Source: Idiomarina loihiensis L2TR
GTDB lineage: Bacteria; Pseudomonadota; Gammaproteobacteria; Enterobacterales; Alteromonadaceae
NCBI RefSeq assembly: GCF_000008465.1
Contig: NC_006512.1
Span: 2,280,001-2,312,000, forward strand
DNA length: 32,000 nt
Direction of reading: 5' to 3'
The notes under the pieces are model-generated. The model did no database searches and was not told the DNA's origin. It saw only the letters and a program-made list of their open reading frames with translations. Shown here one piece after another: positions 25,765 through 32,000 of the stretch (position 1 is the first letter of the stretch; every line of letters starts with the position of its first letter). Both the position numbers and the translations under genes were made by a program.

Positions 25765-25814
25765 GAAAAATTACGTAAATATTATTTATTCATAAATATC
25801 AGCTAGTTAAATTC

Positions 25815-25830
25815 TGGCACGCTTCGTGAA
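25815..25830 (+). promoter_or_regulatory. candidate sigma-54 (-24/-12) promoter for glnK-amtB with non-canonical -12
   Basis: TGGCACGCTTCGTGAA has a perfect TGGCAC -24 element. At the GG-N10-GC position the -12 dinucleotide is GA rather than GC. It lies 42 nt upstream of the glnK ATG. Confidence 0.4.
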
Positions 25831-25871
25831 GTTAAAGGGTTGCTTAACAATATTTTAATAAGGAAAGCACC

Positions 25872-26210
25872 ATGAAAATGCTCGTTGCGTTAATCAAACC
25901 CTTCAAGCTGGAGGATGTGAAGCAAGCGCTGTTTGAAATTGGCTGCAAAGGCCTGACAGTAACCGAAGTCCGGGGAGTAGGACGTCAAAAGGGGCATACC
26001 GAACTGTACCGGGGCGCCGAATATCAAGTCGACTTCCTGCCCAAAATGAAAATTGAACTGGCGGTTCCCGACGAAACCGTCGAACGAGCTCTGGAAGTAG
26101 TCATTGCCGCGGCTCATACCGGCAATATCGGCGACGGAAAAATATTCGTTATGCCGCTGGAGCAATGCGTTCGCATACGCACTGGCGAAACCGACCAAGA
26201 CGCCCTTTAA
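25872..26210 (+). CDS. glnK: nitrogen regulatory protein P-II
   Basis: 112 aa with AAGGAA upstream. IKPFKLEDVKQAL, the T-loop GRQKGHTELYRGAEY (Tyr51 present) and GDGKIFV...IRIRTGE are colinear with E. coli GlnK. It lies upstream of amtB. Confidence 0.95.
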   Translation: MKMLVALIKPFKLEDVKQALFEIGCKGLTVTEVRGVGRQKGHTELYRGAEYQVDFLPKMKIELAVPDETVERALEVVIAAAHTGNIGDGKIFVMPLEQCVRIRTGETDQDAL

Positions 26211-26220
26211 GGAGCCCATC

Positions 26221-27402
26221 ATGGAAGCACAAAACTTACAACAACTCACTTTCGCGGTAGACACCTTATACTTACTCATATCCGGGGCGCTGGTTATGTG
26301 GATGGCGGCTGGTTTTTCCATGCTGGAGGCGGGTCTGGTCAGAAGCAAAAACACCACCGAAATTCTGACCAAAAACATCGTGCTCTACGCCATCGCCTGT
26401 ATTGTTTACCTGGTTATCGGCTACAAAGTCATGTACCCCGATCCTTCAACCTCAGCTTACGCGGCTGACGCTAATTTCTTTTTTCAGATGGTGTTCGTTG
26501 CTACTGCTATGTCGATAGTCTCAGGTGCCGTTGCCGAGCGTATGAAGCTAATGAGCTTTCTGCTGTTCTGTGTCGTGCTTAGTGCGGTCATTTATCCGGT
26601 ACAGGGCTTATGGACCTGGGGCGGTGGAATGCTGACAGAATGGGGCTTTGTCGATTTTGCCGGCTCCAGCATTGTACATTTAACCGGTGCATCAGCGGCA
26701 CTTGCTGCGGTTCTTTTACTTGGCCCGCGCTCCGGTAAATACCTGAGTGATGGCAGTATCAACGCTTTACCCGGCTCTAATATGCCACTGGCCGCGCTGG
26801 GTACCTTCATTCTCTGGTTTGGCTGGTTTGGTTTTAACGGCGGTTCACAGTTAGCGCTAAGCACCGTTGACGATGCCAATGCCATAGCCCGCGCCATGGT
26901 AAACACTAATACCTCGGCCGCAGCTGGCACTATCGCCACGCTGCTATTTACTAAGCTGTTGTGGAAAAAAGCCGATTTAACCATGATTTTAAACGGTGCC
27001 TTAGCCGGTCTGGTTGCCATTACCGCACAACCTGTTACCCCAGAACCCTGGCTTGCCGGCGTTATCGGCTTTATTGCGGGGCTTATTGTCGTGCTCTCCA
27101 TTATTGGGCTGGATAAGCTCCACATTGACGATCCGGTCGGTGCTATTTCGGTACACGGTGTGGTCGGTATTTTCGGTACCCTTGTGGTGCCGCTCAGCGA
27201 TGACGGTGCCAGCTTTGTTATTCAGTTAGCCGGTGTCGGTACCATTTTCTGCTGGGTGTTTTTCAGTAGTCTTATTGTCTGGGCTATACTGAAGCTAATA
27301 TTGGGCATTCGTGTAACTAAAGAGCAGGAATATATCGGCTTAGATCAAGTCGATTGCGGCGTTGAAGCTTACCCTGAGTTTACGTCGAAAAAAGACGGGT
27401 AA
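26221..27402 (+). CDS. amtB: ammonium transporter
   Basis: 393 aa from the ATG at 26221, with AAGGAG 5 nt upstream. The track ORF from 26104 is only an upstream open extension overlapping glnK. Amt signatures present: MWMAAGFSMLEAGLVRSKN, VDFAGSSIVHLTGA, FGWFGFNGGS, DDPVGAISVHGVVG. Confidence 0.95.
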   Translation: MEAQNLQQLTFAVDTLYLLISGALVMWMAAGFSMLEAGLVRSKNTTEILTKNIVLYAIACIVYLVIGYKVMYPDPSTSAYAADANFFFQMVFVATAMSIVSGAVAERMKLMSFLLFCVVLSAVIYPVQGLWTWGGGMLTEWGFVDFAGSSIVHLTGASAALAAVLLLGPRSGKYLSDGSINALPGSNMPLAALGTFILWFGWFGFNGGSQLALSTVDDANAIARAMVNTNTSAAAGTIATLLFTKLLWKKADLTMILNGALAGLVAITAQPVTPEPWLAGVIGFIAGLIVVLSIIGLDKLHIDDPVGAISVHGVVGIFGTLVVPLSDDGASFVIQLAGVGTIFCWVFFSSLIVWAILKLILGIRVTKEQEYIGLDQVDCGVEAYPEFTSKKDG

Positions 27403-27421
27403 AAGGCTCTTTATTGCCAGT

Positions 27422-27472
27422 TTCGCCCATTCTTGATAACGTTTTTAACCATCATTTTCCGGAATGGGCGAA
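27422..27472 (+). promoter_or_regulatory. long-range hairpin ending 5 nt before the cfa start codon
   Basis: TTCGCCCATTC (27422..27432) pairs perfectly with GAATGGGCGAA (27462..27472) across a 29-nt loop. The 3' arm covers the only purine-rich SD-like stretch (GGAATGGGCGA). Confidence 0.4.
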
Positions 27473-27477
27473 CAAAT

Positions 27478-28593
27478 ATGTCGACATCACGAGAGTATGT
27501 TGAAGAGCTTTTAGCAAAAGCAGATATCCGCATTAACGGTGACAGAGCCTGGGATATGCAGGTTCACGATGAAACCGTATTTGATCAGGCACTGTCGCGC
27601 GGTAATCTTGGTTTGGGTGAATCCTATATGGCTCGTTTGTGGGACGCCGAATCGCTTGACCAGTTTTTCTTCCAGCTACTGCGCTCCGGCATTCAGGATG
27701 AAGTTAACCCCGCCCGCCTTATTTTCCATTCCTTAAAAAGCCGAGTCTTCAACTTACAAAGTAAATCCAAAGCCTGGGAGGTTGGTCAGCATCATTACGA
27801 CATGGGCAATGACCTTTATCAGTCAATGCTCGATGAGCGTATGGTTTACACCTGTGGTTACTGGGAAAAAGCCAAAGACGTTGACGAAGCACAACGGCAT
27901 AAACTTGAACTGTGCTGTAAAAAGCTGGGATTGAAGCCAGGCATGCGCGTTCTTGATATTGGTTGTGGCTGGGGCAGCTTCATGCAGTATGCCGCTGAAA
28001 ACTACGGTGTCGAATGTGTTGGTGTCACTATATCCAAAGAGCAGGTAGCCCTTGGCAAAGAACGCTGCAAAGGCCTTCCGGTAGAATTCCGGCTACAGGA
28101 CTACCGCGAGCTGGACGAACAGTTTGACCGCGTTATCAGCTTAGGAATGTTTGAGCATGTCGGTCAGAAGAACTACGACGACTATATGGATGTCGCTCTG
28201 CGCTGCACCAAAGAAGACGGCCTGTTCCTGCTGCACACTATTGGTAAAAACGTCAGTGATACCGCAGCCGACCCGTGGATCAGCAAGTACATTTTCCCGA
28301 ATGGCGAAATTCCGTCTATTTCACAAATAGGAACGGCACTGGAAGAAAAGTTTGTCTGCGAAGACCTGCACAACTTTGGTGCCGATTACGATAAAACCTT
28401 AATGGCCTGGTTTCAAAACTTCGATAGCGCCTGGCCATCCATTAAAGAGCAGTTTGATGACGAGTTTTACCGTATGTGGAAATACTATTTGCTGTCCTGT
28501 GCTGGTGCATTCCGTGCGCGCGACATCCAGTTGTGGCAATGGGTGTTATCCCCCAACGGCAGTGTTGGGGGATACTCGCGCCCACAACTTTAA
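27478..28593 (+). CDS. cfa: cyclopropane-fatty-acyl-phospholipid synthase
   Basis: 371 aa from the ATG at 27478. The track start at 27433 is a TTG extension. GLGESYM, FNLQSK, HYDMGNDLY, the SAM motif VLDIGCGWG, QDYR.LD.QFDR, MFEHVG, YIFPNG and AGAFRARDIQLWQ are colinear with E. coli Cfa. Confidence 0.92.
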   Translation: MSTSREYVEELLAKADIRINGDRAWDMQVHDETVFDQALSRGNLGLGESYMARLWDAESLDQFFFQLLRSGIQDEVNPARLIFHSLKSRVFNLQSKSKAWEVGQHHYDMGNDLYQSMLDERMVYTCGYWEKAKDVDEAQRHKLELCCKKLGLKPGMRVLDIGCGWGSFMQYAAENYGVECVGVTISKEQVALGKERCKGLPVEFRLQDYRELDEQFDRVISLGMFEHVGQKNYDDYMDVALRCTKEDGLFLLHTIGKNVSDTAADPWISKYIFPNGEIPSISQIGTALEEKFVCEDLHNFGADYDKTLMAWFQNFDSAWPSIKEQFDDEFYRMWKYYLLSCAGAFRARDIQLWQWVLSPNGSVGGYSRPQL

Positions 28594-29636
28594 GAAACGC
28601 TATTAAACTCGTTCATAAAGATATCCCAGAACACCAAAAACAGGGCCGCAACCAGCGGCCCTAAAACAAACCCGGTAATACCAAACAGCGATAAACCGCC
28701 TAAGGTAGAAAACAGCACCAGATAATCCGGTAATTTCGTATCACGCCCTACCAAAACCGGACGCAGTACGTTGTCGGCCAAACCAATGACTATTGCCCCG
28801 TAAGCCACTAGAATGGTACCGGCTATCCAGTTACCTGTCGCATACAAATAAATAGATACCGGTAGCCATACCAGACTCGCGCCAACCGCCGGGATTAACG
28901 ACAAAAAGGCCATGACGACACCCCACAGCAGGGCTCCGGGAATACCCAGTAACGCGAAAATTATGCCACCCAATGTGCCCTGAACTATTGCCACAACAAT
29001 GTTTCCTTTCACTGTTGCCCGAGTTACCTCTGCAAATTTAGTAAACAGCTTACGTTCTCGTTCATCGCCCAAAGGCAGCGCTTTTACTAAAAGGTCAATC
29101 AGCAAGTGACCGTCTCGCAAAAGGAAAAAGGTCAAATAAATCATTAGCGAGAGGCTAATGATAAAAGAGAATGTATTTTGACCGATGCTTAACGCTTCTT
29201 CTGCCAAAAACTTACTACCACTAACGGCTCCTGATGATATTTTCTCCCGTACATCGCTGGCTTTAATATCAAACTGAGCAAGCAAGTCACTAATAACCGG
29301 AAACGCCTTTTGAATATCATCAAAGAGCTTACCGGGGTTAATTTTGCCTTCGTCCAGCCGCTGATAAAAACTAACCCCCTCCTGCACAAAGGAATATGAA
29401 ATACCCAGCGCCGGAATCACCACAATAACCAATGCAATCAGCAAAGTTACAAGAGCCGCTCTGTTTGGCTTGTCTCCAAACGTCTTTTTCAGTTTTTGTT
29501 GTAGCGGGTAAAAAATAACAGTCACCACACAAGCCCAAAAAATAGCTCCCCAAAACGGTATAAGTACCCAGGCGAAGGCGATACTAACTAAAATCAATGT
29601 CAGTAAAAATGACCGCCGTTCTAAAGATTCCCGCAT
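28590..29636 (-). CDS. AI-2E family transporter (PerM/YhhT/TqsA-like permease)
   Basis: 348 aa with about 8 TM helices. The typical family layout is present (N-terminal TM pair, LQQKLKK..., central soluble insert, C-terminal GLADNVLRPVLVG motif). Its stop shares the palindromic TTAA with the cfa stop. Confidence 0.85.
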   Translation of the reverse strand: MRESLERRSFLLTLILVSIAFAWVLIPFWGAIFWACVVTVIFYPLQQKLKKTFGDKPNRAALVTLLIALVIVVIPALGISYSFVQEGVSFYQRLDEGKINPGKLFDDIQKAFPVISDLLAQFDIKASDVREKISSGAVSGSKFLAEEALSIGQNTFSFIISLSLMIYLTFFLLRDGHLLIDLLVKALPLGDERERKLFTKFAEVTRATVKGNIVVAIVQGTLGGIIFALLGIPGALLWGVVMAFLSLIPAVGASLVWLPVSIYLYATGNWIAGTILVAYGAIVIGLADNVLRPVLVGRDTKLPDYLVLFSTLGGLSLFGITGFVLGPLVAALFLVFWDIFMNEFNSVS

Positions 29637-29747
29637 AGCTGGTTCCTTGATGTTAATGATTCTCGGCTTAAATACTTGACAGAAGTTAAGATTGATAACA
29701 ACCTCAAGATAGCTAACTGCCTAATTTATCACAACTGATAAGAATAA

Positions 29748-31436
29748 ATGCCTAAATTGGAAGACCCAAACAGCTTTACCAGCTGGCTCAAAGAAAGTGT
29801 CGTCAACTTCACCGAGATGAACGCCGAAAAACAGGTGTTCATGGGCTTCGTGTTGGCGATACTGATTGCGGCTATTATCAGGGTCATTGAGATAACGGGC
29901 GGGCTTCCGAGCCTTTACGAGCACCTACTTTACTTTCCATTAATTTTTACCGGTTTACTGCTGGGGTCACGCATTGGTGCCCTGGCTGGTTTCATGTGTG
30001 GCCTATTACTCAGCCCCTTTTCTTTTTCCGAGTCGCTGATAAGCGGCAACGAAATTGTCGGCGGCTGGATGCTTCGCATGGTTGCTTATACTCTTGTGGC
30101 CACTATGGCGGGAATGGTTGCCAAAGTCATAAAAGAATTAAGTGGTGCCGAACAAACGGCCAAATTCAAATACCAGGGAACCGACCTTCCCAATATCAAC
30201 GCCCTGCTAAGACAGTTAGAAAGCATTGGCCATGGAAAAGGCAGTTCACCCGATGACCTGGTCGATATTTTCAACTTCCGCTTACAGAATATGGACAAAA
30301 TTCAGCAGCAAGTAGGAACTGAAAAAGCCAACGAACTTGTTAAGCAAATGGCTGTTCAACTGAAAAAACTCCTTGGAGACCAGGTGCAAGTTGGTCAGAC
30401 ATCAAGAAACGAATTGGTTGGGGTTCGCTCTGAAGCTGAAGAAAACTCAAAAGAACTTCAACAAAAAATAGAAAGCTTTTTGGAGCAACCCATAGTCATT
30501 GACGGTGTTTCTTATCAAATGGACAGCACCGCTGGTGTGCTTAGGGTGAAAAAAGAACAACTTAAAGAAGACCACCAGAAAGTTTTCGACGAAGCTCAGT
30601 CACACGCCTTCAATGCCTTTCAAAAGAAACAACAGTTTTCGTTTCTGGAACAAAATGAGGCCATTGATCAAATTGAAGAGGTCACTTTTTCGCGTCAGTT
30701 TAGCGAGGCAATGAAGAATAATGATATTCAGCTTTACTATCAGCCACGCCTGAACACCAATTCAGGCTACTTTTCGGTACTGGAAGTTTCAGCCAAGTGG
30801 GTGCACCCCAAGCGGGGGAGTATGAGTTTAGAAGAATTTAAGCCAATGATAGAAGAGGCTTCTTTAACTCAGCAATTTACGTCATGGATTATTCAACGCA
30901 CATTTAAAGACCTGCGGGTATGGCAAAAACAAAAAGTGACTGTACGCGTCGCTATTAACGTGACCATTAATGACATTGTCGACCCGCTTGTACTTAATGT
31001 GTTAGCGCACGAGCTGCAGGAAACCAAATTTCCAGCACAAAATATTAATATCGAGGTCAGTGAACGAGCCTTAATGTCACTGTCAGACAAATCGAAACGC
31101 TATCTGGAACGTCTACGCAGCATTGGCTGTAATGTTATTGCCTCGCATTTTGGGGAAGGCCGCTCCACTATACAGTCACTTTTTGTGCTGCCTGTAGATG
31201 CGGTAAAACTGTCTGAGGAATTAGTGCAAAAAGCCACGTCTCACAGCGATCAAAAACGAGAGTTAGCCTCTATGATCAAAATGGCCAGAGCCCGAGGTTT
31301 AACAACCATAGCCACGGGCATCAATGATCGCGCCAAGCTGCTACTGTTAAAGCAAATAGGGTGTGAGGAATTACAAGGCTCTATTCTCAGTAAGTCATTG
31401 AAGAAATCAGAGATACCCTGGGCACGGATACGATAA
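29748..31436 (+). CDS. membrane protein with degenerate GGDEF-like and degenerate EAL domains (probable c-di-GMP receptor rather than enzyme)
   Basis: 562 aa with about 4 N-terminal TM helices. The middle domain has SRNEL where GGDEF would be. The EAL domain retains YYQPR, E(VS), AINV, EVSE, K and QG, but reads SHFGEG for DDFGTG and ATGIN for AEGVE. Confidence 0.75.
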   Translation: MPKLEDPNSFTSWLKESVVNFTEMNAEKQVFMGFVLAILIAAIIRVIEITGGLPSLYEHLLYFPLIFTGLLLGSRIGALAGFMCGLLLSPFSFSESLISGNEIVGGWMLRMVAYTLVATMAGMVAKVIKELSGAEQTAKFKYQGTDLPNINALLRQLESIGHGKGSSPDDLVDIFNFRLQNMDKIQQQVGTEKANELVKQMAVQLKKLLGDQVQVGQTSRNELVGVRSEAEENSKELQQKIESFLEQPIVIDGVSYQMDSTAGVLRVKKEQLKEDHQKVFDEAQSHAFNAFQKKQQFSFLEQNEAIDQIEEVTFSRQFSEAMKNNDIQLYYQPRLNTNSGYFSVLEVSAKWVHPKRGSMSLEEFKPMIEEASLTQQFTSWIIQRTFKDLRVWQKQKVTVRVAINVTINDIVDPLVLNVLAHELQETKFPAQNINIEVSERALMSLSDKSKRYLERLRSIGCNVIASHFGEGRSTIQSLFVLPVDAVKLSEELVQKATSHSDQKRELASMIKMARARGLTTIATGINDRAKLLLLKQIGCEELQGSILSKSLKKSEIPWARIR

Positions 31437-32000
31437 TGAGAGATGAAAGAGAGTTAACACTGCACAGAGCGTCGCACAAACGCTTTTTCAAACGGCCGGA
31501 AGTTGTTTTGGCGCTCAGCTATATTATTGCTGCTATTGTCTGGGAAATAAGCACTAACGCCCTAATTCCTAAGCTACCGGTAGAAGCCGACATAAAAACC
31601 ACCTTAATTCAATGGGAACCCTGGGCATTTGTCGCATTATCCGTCGTTTTTCTGTTTTTCTTTATTCGCCGCATTTGGTTCTTACGGTTTAAAAAGTCTC
31701 GTGAGTTACTGCATAGCTATCTCGGCAACAGCCCAACCGTACACTATGAGCTTAGGGCTCTCGATTCCGGCTTCTGCGTCGACTGGGTAAGCACAAACTG
31801 CGAACGCATTCTGGGATACTCAACAGAAGAGGTAATGGCACCGGGCTGGTGGCTGAACAACATTCATCCTAACGACGTAAAAACAGTAAAGAAAACAGCT
31901 TTACGCGGCTTTGAAGAAGAACAATTTGTTTGTGAATACCGCTTTCGTCACCAACAGGGGCATTACGTTTGGGTTAGAGACGAGGTACGTCGCAGCAGTC
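31436..32000 (+). CDS. membrane-anchored PAS-domain sensor protein, 5' part only (runs off the right edge)
   Basis: Not in the ORF track because there is no stop in the window. The ATG at 31436 overlaps the previous stop (TAATG) and the frame stays open to 32000. Two hydrophobic helices (VVLALSYIIAAIVW, WAFVALSVVFLFFFI) are followed by a PAS pattern (VDWVSTNCERILGYSTEEV...IHPNDV...EYRFRHQQGHYVWVRDE). Confidence 0.65.
   Translation, partial: MRDERELTLHRASHKRFFKRPEVVLALSYIIAAIVWEISTNALIPKLPVEADIKTTLIQWEPWAFVALSVVFLFFFIRRIWFLRFKKSRELLHSYLGNSPTVHYELRALDSGFCVDWVSTNCERILGYSTEEVMAPGWWLNNIHPNDVKTVKKTALRGFEEEQFVCEYRFRHQQGHYVWVRDEVRRSS

Noticed and set aside
26104-26220. N-terminal extension of the amtB ORF in the track (432 aa)
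   Set aside because: The extension overlaps glnK in another frame and has no Amt similarity. The ATG at 26221 has AAGGAG upstream and begins the conserved Amt sequence.
25890-26378. 162-aa minus-strand ORF spanning glnK and the amtB start
   Set aside because: It is antisense to two strongly recognisable genes. It shows no family resemblance and has no SD. This is a typical shadow ORF.
27433-27477. TTG-initiated 15-codon extension of cfa in the ORF track
   Set aside because: It has no similarity to Cfa N-termini and lies inside the intergenic hairpin. The ATG at 27478 aligns with the E. coli Cfa start region.
1-32000. Search for defence systems, toxin-antitoxin pairs, CRISPR arrays, IS elements, integrases, tRNA/rRNA genes
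   Set aside because: I recognised no nuclease, helicase, methylase, Cas, transposase or integrase-like translations. I found no short regularly spaced repeats and no tRNA-like cloverleaf sequences in the few intergenic gaps. This is a by-eye inspection only, so tRNAscan, Infernal and defence-system HMMs would be needed for a definitive negative.

Overview
This is a densely coding chromosomal segment of about 30 genes on both strands, with several start/stop and 3'/3' overlaps. It comes from a gammaproteobacterium. Protein similarities look marine Alteromonadales/Vibrio-like and GC looks moderate by eye, but the taxon cannot be verified here. Housekeeping genes: ribH (5' end only, left edge), yaaA, secF-secD-yajC (minus strand), glnK-amtB, cfa and glpQ. 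Signalling genes: an FHA-like/AAA+ enhancer-binding-type regulator that lacks the GAFTGA sigma-54 contact loop; a solute-symporter-fused hybrid histidine kinase with a convergent LuxR-type response regulator (CrbS/CrbR architecture); a doubly degenerate GGDEF-EAL membrane protein; and a PAS sensor running off the right edge. Three loci look accessory. (i) A TonB-dependent receptor lies divergent from a GntP-type permease / acyl-CoA ligase / exported MetX-like hydrolase operon. (ii) An uncharacterised membrane pair consists of a small DUF2062-like polytopic protein and a ~580-aa anchored AsmA-like/coiled-coil protein, which I recall as the TIGR03545/TIGR03546 pairing. (iii) Divergent from that pair, a RimK-family ATP-grasp ligase with an RLAN-type N-terminal domain overlaps a GNAT acetyltransferase. 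I saw no rRNA/tRNA, CRISPR, transposase/integrase or phage genes. The best candidates for an undescribed system are (ii) and (iii), then (i). All family assignments come from reading the translations and are not database-verified.
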